From NCBI GenBank assembly GCA_019313905.1, contig JAFDAI010000005.1, positions 2,997 to 66,996 on the forward strand: 64,000 bases of DNA, read 5' to 3'. The first letter of the stretch is position 1, and each line of letters opens with the position of its first letter. This document shows positions 40,576 through 49,000 of the stretch, piece by piece. Made by a program: the position numbers and the translations under genes. The stretch comes from Deltaproteobacteria bacterium (GTDB lineage: Bacteria > Desulfobacterota > Syntrophia > Syntrophales > UBA2210). The notes under the pieces were generated by a model. That model was given only the letters and a program-made list of their open reading frames with translations, did no database searches and was not told the origin of the DNA.

Positions 40576-40842
40576 GTTGCAATAATGTTTTCCGCAGAAA
40601 GGGAGAGCGGGGTTGAAGTCGTATAGAAACAATTTTTTGATTGATCGCATAAAAAACCCCTTAAAGCGATTTTATTGTCATGAAATACAAGGTTTCTCTT
40701 GAGTTTTCCGTCAATGCAAAACAGCAAAGAAGATTATCACAGACAAATTTTACTAAAGTGTAACATCGAATGACAGCGAGTTTTCTGTGTGCTGATTTTA
40801 AAAAGGAAAAGCTGAAATCAATTTTTCGGATAAGGTGGTAAT

Positions 40843-41724
40843 ATGAAAATAGAATATCAACTGATTAAAGATGGATTAATGATTATGAAAAGGTTTGGAA
40901 TACGACATGCCATACGAAGAACAAAAGACTTAATTCTAGTTAAAAAAGAAGAGAAAAGAAGGGCTAAGCTATATAATAAGATTAAGCCTGAGGGAACAAT
41001 AATAAGAGAAATTATCGGCAGTAAGATGAAGCTGGATATGAGTGACCAGGGAATACATAGGGATTTGTTTCTAGATGGCATACGGGAACCGGTTGCAACA
41101 AAACATTTAATGGGTGTTCTGACAAAAAACGATGTGGTGTTGGATATAGGAGCAAATATAGGCTATTACACCCTCCTGGAAGCCAAACTATGTAAGAAGG
41201 TTTATGCCGTTGAACCAGTCCTAAGTAATGTGGTTGTTCTCAAAGACAACATAAAGTTAAATCATTATAACAATGTGGAAGTTTCTAGTTTGGCCTTTGG
41301 TAAAGCCACAGGGATAGAAAAGATGTACTTGTCGCCAAAGAGTAATTGGCATAGCTTTTACCCGATAAAAAATATGGTTGGAGAAGCGAAAATCAACGTT
41401 GACACCGTTGATAATTTTCTTAAAGACAGAGAAGATCCAACAATCGTAAGGATGGACGTTGAAGGATACGAATTGAACATATTGTATGGCATGACAGAGA
41501 CTTTAAAAAAGATAGATAGATTATTCATGGAAATCCACGCTGATATAATGAGTCTGGAAGATACGAAAAGATTGATTGAGATATTAAACAGTGAAGGTTT
41601 CTTCCCGGAACTGATTATAAAATATGACAGACCAGGTCTAAGCAGGATCTTGCCTGACGATTATATTGGCAAAATTTATAAGGGAGATAAAGGTGGATAC
41701 GAGGTTTTTTTCAGAAAAAAATAA
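40843..41724 (+). CDS. FkbM family methyltransferase
   Basis: VLDIGANIGYYT, YAVEP, RMDVEGYE. Confidence 0.9.
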   Translation: MKIEYQLIKDGLMIMKRFGIRHAIRRTKDLILVKKEEKRRAKLYNKIKPEGTIIREIIGSKMKLDMSDQGIHRDLFLDGIREPVATKHLMGVLTKNDVVLDIGANIGYYTLLEAKLCKKVYAVEPVLSNVVVLKDNIKLNHYNNVEVSSLAFGKATGIEKMYLSPKSNWHSFYPIKNMVGEAKINVDTVDNFLKDREDPTIVRMDVEGYELNILYGMTETLKKIDRLFMEIHADIMSLEDTKRLIEILNSEGFFPELIIKYDRPGLSRILPDDYIGKIYKGDKGGYEVFFRKK

Positions 41725-41732
41725 ATAGTCGT

Positions 41733-42728
41733 TTGAAATTCAACCCCCTATGCCATTCCAATCTATATAAGAAAGTTGATATGAGAAAAAAACGCATATG
41801 GCCTCTTATCACAATAGTATCTATTGCGGCCTTAATAATAATATATATCTATCATCACCCTTATTCCCTTGAACCTTTTAAAGATGTTAGTCCCTCTATC
41901 CTCATTTGTTTAATAATCAGCAGAATTTTGTTCCAAATAACAAACGGGCTTATATTGCGAGAAGTTGCATCCAAGTTTAATATAGTACTGACTATAAAGG
42001 AATGGTTTGGTCTTCCCTTTGTTACAGCCATGGGGAATTATATAACGCCCTTTTCCGGTGGTATGATTGCCCGGGCATCATATCTGAAGTACCGCCATAA
42101 TTTCTCTTATGCGCAGTTTGTATCGGTTCTTGGAGCAAGCTTCCTGATATTCTTCTGGATAGCCGGCATGACAGGCATAATTACTCTTATATTGTCTCTT
42201 GAGAGGTCAGCGATCTACTGGCAGTTAATTTTCTTTTTTGGAGCGGTTGTCCTAAGCATTTCAATGGTCGCCATTCTCCCTTCTGTAAAGCTGCCCGGCA
42301 ATAACAGACTGTCAACACTTATAAATAACTCACTTGAAGGATGGGATTTCATAAAAAGCGACCTGTTTCTTTTAACCAAACTCGCCCTGTATACACTTGC
42401 AAACATTTTTATAAACGGGATCTCCTTCTGGCTGGCATTTGTTGCACTGTATGGAACTTCTTTATCAGTTGGAAAGGCTTTTCTAATCAGCCTGTTTTCG
42501 ACCTTTTCCATTCTTGTGAGAATAACGCCTGGCAATTTAGGGGTTTTTGAGAGTATTGTCAGCCTTAGCTCTGGAATTTTAGGGGTTGGCGTTAGCCCTG
42601 GTTTAATGGTATCCCTGCTCATCAGGGCGGCTTCCATGATTCCTATCTTCACCCTGGGCCCGATCTTCAGTTTTGTGCTTACACGTGAATTAGCGGGTAA
42701 TAAAAGAAGAAATGACGATGATAACTAA
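41733..42728 (+). CDS. Flippase-like membrane protein (lysylphosphatidylglycerol synthase TM / YbhN family)
   Basis: Multi-TM; NYITPFSGG..ARASYLK; ITPGNLGVFE; start possibly MRKKRIW at 41781. Confidence 0.8.
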   Translation: MKFNPLCHSNLYKKVDMRKKRIWPLITIVSIAALIIIYIYHHPYSLEPFKDVSPSILICLIISRILFQITNGLILREVASKFNIVLTIKEWFGLPFVTAMGNYITPFSGGMIARASYLKYRHNFSYAQFVSVLGASFLIFFWIAGMTGIITLILSLERSAIYWQLIFFFGAVVLSISMVAILPSVKLPGNNRLSTLINNSLEGWDFIKSDLFLLTKLALYTLANIFINGISFWLAFVALYGTSLSVGKAFLISLFSTFSILVRITPGNLGVFESIVSLSSGILGVGVSPGLMVSLLIRAASMIPIFTLGPIFSFVLTRELAGNKRRNDDDN

Positions 42729-44844
42729 AGACAATGGATTTGATCTGAATATCAGGTGGCGTTTTCCCAGCGGCAGGAGATATGCCTTCACATTTGCCGT
42801 GCTTTTCATATCTCTTATCATCATCTACGGGAACACTTTCCACGGTTCATGGCACTTTGATGACCACGTCAATATTGTCGAGAATAGGAATATTGAACTG
42901 AAATCACTGTCCCTGAATGAAATGCAGAAGTCATTCTACGGCGTAGATTTTAGCCATGAAAAGATAAGTCGTCCCCTGTCATACCTGTCATTCGCTCTGA
43001 ATTATTACATAAGTGGCACGAATACTTTCGGATATCATGTCGTCAATTTCGCCATCCATTACCTGGCAGCGGTGTTTCTGTTTCTTCTTATATATAATAC
43101 CCTGCGATTGCCTTTCCTGAACGAACGATACGGTAATATCGCCTATGCCGTCGCCCTTCTCTCCGCCTTTTTGTGGGCGACGCATCCCATACAGATTACT
43201 GCCGTGACCTATATCGTCCAGAGGATGGCAAGCATGGCCGCACTGTTTTACATCATGGCAATGTATCTCTATCTCAAGGCAAGAACAACTCATGGGAACA
43301 AACAGCGCATAGTTTTTGTCGCGCTGTGCTGCGTGACGGCGATCCTTTCTTTTGCAAGCAAGGAAAATGCTGCCATGCTTCCTCTCAGCATATTCCTCTA
43401 CGATCTGTTCCTGATACAGGGCCTGACACATGAAAATATAAAGAAAAACCTGAAGATAGCTTTAGTTCCTGTTATCGTAATCCTGCTGGTCACTCTTTTT
43501 TATGTTGATCTGCCATCTATCCTTGAAGGGTACAAGAACCGCCCATTTACACTCACGGAAAGGCTGCTTACCGAGCCGCGTGTCATCCTCTTCTATATTT
43601 CGCTTCTGCTCTATCCTGTCACATACCGATTTGCCCTGCTGCACGATTTTGGGGTCTCTGCTTCCCTGCTCACACCATGGGCCACTGTACCGGCCATATT
43701 GACTATTACAATTATCATCGGCCTCGCACTGTGGCGATCACGGAAAAATCCACTGATCAGTTTCTGTGTCCTCTTTTTCTTTCTCAATCATATTATAGAA
43801 GGCTCCTTTATTCCCCTAGAGATTATCTACGAACACAGAAATTATCTCCCTTCAACTCTGCTGTTTGTACTGTTTTCCATCTTTATAATCAACGTCATTA
43901 ATTACTTCTCTTACAAAAAGAGTGTGCAATTCCTCATGGTATCCGGAATAATAATCCTTATGGTCTTCCAGGGCCATACCACATATTCTTACAACAAACT
44001 CTTCAGATCCGAATACATCAGGTTGCTCGATAATATCTCAAAGGCCCCTAACCTGAGTCGCCCTCACAACAATCTTGGAAGGTGGTACTGGGACAAAAAT
44101 ATCTATTCAAAGGCATTCGAGGAAAGTAACGAAGCGCTTCGCCTTGACAACTATTCAAACCTGAGGCTGCCCGCTATCACACATGAGAATATCGGCATAT
44201 ATTATCTGAGAACAGGCAGCTACGACAAAGCCATGGCACATTTCCTGGAGAGCGTCAGGATTTCCTCGGGAAACACCCATCCCCGCACGTACTTTGGCAT
44301 TGCAATGACAAATTATAGGATGGGCAATCTTAATGAGGCACAAAAGTACATAGAAGATGCCATCGCCATCCTGCCAGAAAGCGAGGAATACCGCGCGATA
44401 CTCAGCATGATCCTTTTGAAATCCGGCGACATTGATGGGGCCATACTGGCCGCCGGAAAGGCCCTGGAACTCAAAGCGGATTATAATATTCCCCTGGTAA
44501 TGCTTGCGGAGTCCTTCAGAAAAAAAGGAGACAACAAAAAGGCTGTTCGTTATTGGGAGGCATTTCTAAAAGAGAATCCCAGATATATCAAAGGCCATTT
44601 TGCCTTGGCCGAAGCGCTCTCAGTCACTGGTAATAAGAAAATGCTCAGCAAGATCATAGGGCGTTTGATGTATCTGAAGGGAGAAAAGAGTTATACTGAA
44701 ATAATACAGGAAGCAAACGGCAAGGATGACATCACACCTTATATCTGCGATCCGGATATACTGCTGCCTATTATCAGGAAAAGCCTTACCGATCAGGCAA
44801 AAGATGTAAGTATGGAAGCACGCAGCCTCACCGGGAGCAAGTGA
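42712..44844 (+). CDS. TMTC-like membrane glycosyltransferase (GT-C) with C-terminal TPRs
   Basis: WHFDD, RPLSYLSFALNY, GYHVVN..IH, HPIQITAVTYIVQR, SKENA, EHRNYLP, then TPRs (RPHNNLG...). Confidence 0.82.
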   Translation: MTMITKDNGFDLNIRWRFPSGRRYAFTFAVLFISLIIIYGNTFHGSWHFDDHVNIVENRNIELKSLSLNEMQKSFYGVDFSHEKISRPLSYLSFALNYYISGTNTFGYHVVNFAIHYLAAVFLFLLIYNTLRLPFLNERYGNIAYAVALLSAFLWATHPIQITAVTYIVQRMASMAALFYIMAMYLYLKARTTHGNKQRIVFVALCCVTAILSFASKENAAMLPLSIFLYDLFLIQGLTHENIKKNLKIALVPVIVILLVTLFYVDLPSILEGYKNRPFTLTERLLTEPRVILFYISLLLYPVTYRFALLHDFGVSASLLTPWATVPAILTITIIIGLALWRSRKNPLISFCVLFFFLNHIIEGSFIPLEIIYEHRNYLPSTLLFVLFSIFIINVINYFSYKKSVQFLMVSGIIILMVFQGHTTYSYNKLFRSEYIRLLDNISKAPNLSRPHNNLGRWYWDKNIYSKAFEESNEALRLDNYSNLRLPAITHENIGIYYLRTGSYDKAMAHFLESVRISSGNTHPRTYFGIAMTNYRMGNLNEAQKYIEDAIAILPESEEYRAILSMILLKSGDIDGAILAAGKALELKADYNIPLVMLAESFRKKGDNKKAVRYWEAFLKENPRYIKGHFALAEALSVTGNKKMLSKIIGRLMYLKGEKSYTEIIQEANGKDDITPYICDPDILLPIIRKSLTDQAKDVSMEARSLTGSK

Positions 44845-44897
44845 CCACGAGAAATGAGTGGGTGTTGCGCAAAATTCTCTACGCTTAAACCCTCTTA

Positions 44898-44933
44898 ATA
44901 AAATACCCCACTGCAATCCATGGGGCATTTTAT
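44898..44933. terminator. Hairpin terminator after the second tandem pilin
   Basis: ATAAAATACCCCA / TGGGGCATTTTAT; homologous to 45449-45484. Confidence 0.65.
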
Positions 44934-45371
44934 CTAATATTGGGGTAACTCCCAATCCGCTGTCGCTGATCCTGTACGACCCGAGGAAATCGACCATACC
45001 GCTTTCACAGTAACAATACTGCTGGTATTCGTAAATATATAGTCAAAATCTTCACTACCTGGTGGATGAGCGGCGGAGGCGTCTTTCACCTGAGTTGCAG
45101 TAGGCGCGACACCATTTGACATCGCAAGCCTCGCAAATTCTAATGAGCAGGTCGACAGTCCAGCCGCGAGAGCGCCATCAACCGCAGTCTCATTGGCATC
45201 CTGGGTAAGATCCATGAATTTGGGTATCGCCACGGCTGCCAGAATGCCCAGTATGATCAAAACGGCTATGATCTCAATGAGGGTAAACCCTCCTATGCCT
45301 CCCGGCAAGGGAAGGTAGCTTTTGCCGATGGTACGGTGCGGCCGTTTTGCTGGAAAGTAGGATCGATTCAC
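44934..45371 (-). CDS. Type IV pilin paralog (MshA-like), atypical leader
   Basis: LPGGIGG|FTLIEIIAVLIILGILAAVAIPKF; GTG start. Confidence 0.8.
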   Translation of the reverse strand: MNRSYFPAKRPHRTIGKSYLPLPGGIGGFTLIEIIAVLIILGILAAVAIPKFMDLTQDANETAVDGALAAGLSTCSLEFARLAMSNGVAPTATQVKDASAAHPPGSEDFDYIFTNTSSIVTVKAVWSISSGRTGSATADWELPQY

Positions 45372-45448
45372 TCTTTACTCCACCCAATAGAAGAAAAGCA
45401 GAACTAAGGTGTGATTCCATCACAAAAGACAGTTGTTGCATTTATTTA

Positions 45449-45484
45449 ATAAAATGCCCCCGCGTTAGCCGCGGGGCATTTTAT
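45449..45484 (-). terminator. Terminator between the two tandem pilins
   Basis: ATAAAATGCCCC(C)GCG / CGCGGGGCATTTTAT stem. Confidence 0.75.
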
Positions 45485-45505
45485 CGCATGCATTCATTCT
45501 AACTA

Positions 45506-45877
45506 TTAGGGCGCCTTCCAATTCCCAGTAACGGTTCCTGCGCTCGAGTCCGACCATGACACAGTCACAGTTACAACAGAACCGGCAGAAGCAAAACCGT
45601 AGTCAAAATCATCACTGCCTGGTGGATTAGCGGTGGCGGCTGTTACCACAGCGGCTGCAGTAGGCGCGACACCATTTGACATTGCAAGCCTCGCAAATTC
45701 TAATGAGCAGGTCGACAGTCCAGCTGAAAGACCACCTTCGAGTGCTTTAGTATTGGCGTCACTCGTCAAACTCAAGAACTTCGGTACCGCCACCGCGGCG
45801 AGAATGCCCAGGATGATCAGGACCGCGATGATTTCGATCAATGTAAAACCCTTCTGATTCCTCAACTTAATTTTCAT
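45506..45877 (-). CDS. Type IV major pilin (MshA-like)
   Basis: MKIKLRNQKG|FTLIEIIAVLIILGILAAVAVPKF; AAGGAGG RBS; own sigma54 site and terminator. Confidence 0.9.
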   Translation of the reverse strand: MKIKLRNQKGFTLIEIIAVLIILGILAAVAVPKFLSLTSDANTKALEGGLSAGLSTCSLEFARLAMSNGVAPTAAAVVTAATANPPGSDDFDYGFASAGSVVTVTVSWSDSSAGTVTGNWKAP

Positions 45878-45952
45878 TTTGAAATCCTCCTTTTTTGAAA
45901 TGGTTTTTTCATGGTTGTCTTAATATTCATAACATTTCATTTAAAAATATAA

Positions 45953-45968
45953 AGCATATTTCATGCCA
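45953..45968 (-). promoter_or_regulatory. Sigma54 (-24/-12) promoter of the MshA-like pilin
   Basis: Minus strand TGGCATGAAATATGCT, GG-N10-GC, 76 nt upstream of the ATG; adjacent to a sigma54 activator gene. Confidence 0.75.
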
Positions 45969-46078
45969 CATCTGCCAATTTTTTGACTACCCCCTCCTTT
46001 CTTCTTTCTCGCCGTTGCATCTGCAACCTTCGTTCGCACTATTCCATACCATTGTTTATACTGCCACGCAACCCATTA

Positions 46079-46223
46079 TGAAACATCCGTAAAAAGTCGT
46101 GAACCGGGTCATTGTGAGAAGCGTAGCGACGAAGCAATCTAATGAATACAGATGGTTATAACGTACGAGATTGCTTCGCTCCGCTCGCAATGACAGCCTT
46201 TTCGACTTTTGACGGATCTATCA
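46079..46223. mobile_element. MITE-like element carrying a GTCATTGCGAG-type palindromic repeat
   Basis: Ends TGAAACATCCGTAAAAAGTCG / CGACTTTTGACGGATCTATCA; inner arms GTCATTGTGAGAAGCGTAGCGACGAAGCAATCT / AGATTGCTTCGCTCCGCTCGCAATGAC. Confidence 0.75.
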
Positions 46224-46390
46224 ATATTATTCCATAGACTCTTTCTGCCTCCCCTTTTTTCAACAATTATCCGGGGGATACGATCCCGATTTAATGAAAC
46301 CAAATTGGGTCACACCCCAAAAACAGGCATCCAATCTTTGTAAATACCCCTTTATCCCCACATGCAATGCTCCAAATAATGTAGCGTCAT

Positions 46391-47746
46391 CTACAAATTT
46401 TGTTGCTTTTTCAGCGAGGGTACTTCTATTTCATATTTTCTTATCCGATGCCAGAGGCTGCGTTCCTTTATGCCCAGCAATCTTGCCGCTTTTACCTGTT
46501 TACCATCCGCCTTGACAAGGGCTTTGATTATCATATTCTTTTCCAATCTTTTTAACCTGCCGTCTATCGATATTCCCTCCTCCGGCAACTCATCATCGGA
46601 TATTTGGCGATTATCCTCTTCCAGTATATTCACCGGCAGGTGTGAGGTCTCAATAACACCCGATTCTGTCATAAGCGCGGCCCGCTCTATCACATTTTGA
46701 AGCTCTCTCACATTACCGGGCCATGAATACGTTTTCAGGTGTTCCATGGCGTCCGGAGAAATTTTTACCGGCCTGGGTGCATCCTTCAAAAAATAATCAG
46801 TCAGGACGAATATATCCTTCCTTTTTCTGAGCGGAGGCAGTATAAGGGGAAAAACATTAAGCCGGTAATACAGATCCTCCCTGAATCTTCCATCCTTCAC
46901 CATCTTGAAAAGATCTTTGTTGGTGGCGGCGATAAAGCGCACATCCACCCTTATGAGTTGATTACCGCCGAGCCGCTCAAATTCCTTCTCCTGCAATACG
47001 CGAAGCAGCTTTGCCTGGATTGCCAGGGACATATCCCCTATCTCGTCCAAAAAAATGGTGCCGCCATTGGCCAGCTCGAATTTCCCCTTCTTCCTCGCAG
47101 TCGCCCCTGTGAAAGCGCCTTTTTCATACCCGAAAAGCTCGCTTTCAAGAAGATCCCCGGGGATGGCGACGCAGTTAATCGTCACAAACGGCTTGCCTGC
47201 GCGAAGACTGTGCTTATAGATGCTCGTAGCGACAAGTTCCTTACCCGTGCCGCTTTCACCCATAATTAGGACCGTGGTATCAGTCGGGGCAACCTTAAGG
47301 ATCTGGCTGAATACCCCACGTATGATTTTGCTCTGGCCGATCATCTCCGGAAAGAGTTTCTCTGCTTCAACTCTTCCCAATATATCAGTGATCTCCCTCA
47401 ACACCTGTCCGTAATGTCCGATGTCATCATCAGGTTTCTGTCTTTTTTCAGCAGCAACACCCCGGAATACCGGCAACTTTTCTGTTTCTTTAACAAATTG
47501 TTTCACCGGCCTCAGTATGAGCCAGATCACTAGAAATCCACACAGGAAGGTAAGTACACTTATTCCGCCCCCCCATAAGAGGTGTGTTATTCCCAAGTGG
47601 TATGAACCGCTTGTCGTATGCAAGGCAATAATAAAAGACAGGATTGACATCCCGGAGAAGATACCGGGGATAATGATATAGAGGCTTATGCTGTATCTGG
47701 AACCGGCCGAGAAAGGTCTTCTGCCGGTTTTATCTGTCTGGGACAT
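46391..47746 (-). CDS. Sigma54-dependent transcriptional activator with two N-terminal TM helices and no receiver domain
   Basis: [36 protein letters not shown]-terminal HTH; hydrophobic segments at about aa 20-42 and 53-78. Confidence 0.92.
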   Translation of the reverse strand: MSQTDKTGRRPFSAGSRYSISLYIIIPGIFSGMSILSFIIALHTTSGSYHLGITHLLWGGGISVLTFLCGFLVIWLILRPVKQFVKETEKLPVFRGVAAEKRQKPDDDIGHYGQVLREITDILGRVEAEKLFPEMIGQSKIIRGVFSQILKVAPTDTTVLIMGESGTGKELVATSIYKHSLRAGKPFVTINCVAIPGDLLESELFGYEKGAFTGATARKKGKFELANGGTIFLDEIGDMSLAIQAKLLRVLQEKEFERLGGNQLIRVDVRFIAATNKDLFKMVKDGRFREDLYYRLNVFPLILPPLRKRKDIFVLTDYFLKDAPRPVKISPDAMEHLKTYSWPGNVRELQNVIERAALMTESGVIETSHLPVNILEEDNRQISDDELPEEGISIDGRLKRLEKNMIIKALVKADGKQVKAARLLGIKERSLWHRIRKYEIEVPSLKKQQNL

Positions 47747-47764
47747 GTTTTTTTAATCACTTTA

Positions 47765-48985
47765 CTATTTGACCATCTTCGTGAGATCCCACATGGGGAG
47801 AAATATGGCAAGGGCAAAAAAACCAACCACTGCCGCGAGAGAAATTATCAGGACCGGACCTATGGCATCAGACAACCCCTTTACTGCATATTCCACCTCA
47901 TCGTCATAATGGGTGGAAACCACCCTAAGCATTTCTTCAAGCTGCCCGGATTCTTCACCCACCGCTACCATATCCACTATCATGGGGGTAAAGTATTTTG
48001 CCGAGCGCAGGGGACCGGATATTCCCCTTCCCTCTTCAACTTTATCTTTCAGTCTCAAAAATTCCCTGCTTATGGCCGCGTTTCCGATTGTCCCGGAGAG
48101 AATTTCAAACGAGTCCAAAACAGTAACACCGCTCGCCTGCAAAATGGAGAAGATGCTTGCAAAGCGGGACATTGCCGCCTTCTCAAGAAGATTTCCTATT
48201 AAAGGAACCCGCAGAATAAATCTGTCTCTTACATACCGTCCCGGTTCGGTCTTGAACCAGTATTTCAAACCCACAATCACAAGAATGAGACCACCCAGCA
48301 ACAAATACCAGTAGTTATGCAGAAATCGGTACATATGCAGACATACAGCAGTGGGCAAAGGAAGATCCAGCCCTGCTTTGGTAAATATCTTTACGAACTT
48401 GGGAATAACAAATGTAAGAAGCACCAAAAAAGCCCCGACAAGGGCAATCACGACAATAATCGGATATTGCAGGGCCGATTTGATGTTTGATTTCACCTTG
48501 TGCTCATGCTCCATAATATAAATCAGTCGCTCAAGCACATCTGCAAGAGTACCGCTGGACTCCCCTGCTTTGATCATGCTGATATACAGAGGGGAGAATA
48601 TGCCGGGGTGTTTTCCGAAAACTTCATTCAGGGAAAAACCCTCTTTTATCTCTACAGCCATGGAGGCTATAGCGCTTTTAAGTTTCAGGTTCTGTGTCTG
48701 ATTCTCCAGCACCTCCAGCACTTTAAGTATCGACAACCCGGCAATAAGCATGGTTCTGAATTGCTTGGTAAACAGTATCAGTTCTTCCATTTTGACAGAT
48801 GCCAGCTTCGCCTGTATCCTGGCCAGGAAATCGCTGGATGTAGCGGAACTTTCCTCTGTCACAGCGGAAGGAATAAATCCCTGTTCGTTCAGCAAATTTT
48901 GGACCGCTCCAATCGATTCGGCTTCAACAACGCCGGAAACGGAGGCACCCTTTTGATTAATGGCCTTGTAAGAAAAGCTTGGCAT
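47765..48985 (-). CDS. pilC: Type IV pilus / T2SS platform protein (PilC/GspF/MshG)
   Basis: AGESSGTL, SALQYP, VGEESGQL, AIFLPMW. Confidence 0.9.
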   Translation of the reverse strand: MPSFSYKAINQKGASVSGVVEAESIGAVQNLLNEQGFIPSAVTEESSATSSDFLARIQAKLASVKMEELILFTKQFRTMLIAGLSILKVLEVLENQTQNLKLKSAIASMAVEIKEGFSLNEVFGKHPGIFSPLYISMIKAGESSGTLADVLERLIYIMEHEHKVKSNIKSALQYPIIVVIALVGAFLVLLTFVIPKFVKIFTKAGLDLPLPTAVCLHMYRFLHNYWYLLLGGLILVIVGLKYWFKTEPGRYVRDRFILRVPLIGNLLEKAAMSRFASIFSILQASGVTVLDSFEILSGTIGNAAISREFLRLKDKVEEGRGISGPLRSAKYFTPMIVDMVAVGEESGQLEEMLRVVSTHYDDEVEYAVKGLSDAIGPVLIISLAAVVGFFALAIFLPMWDLTKMVK

Positions 48986-49000
48986 TCACAATATCCTTGT

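Noticed and set aside
40576-40842. Possible IS remnant between GT4 and FkbM
   Set aside because: Only a short minus-strand reading frame; no paired inverted repeats or transposase motif I can support
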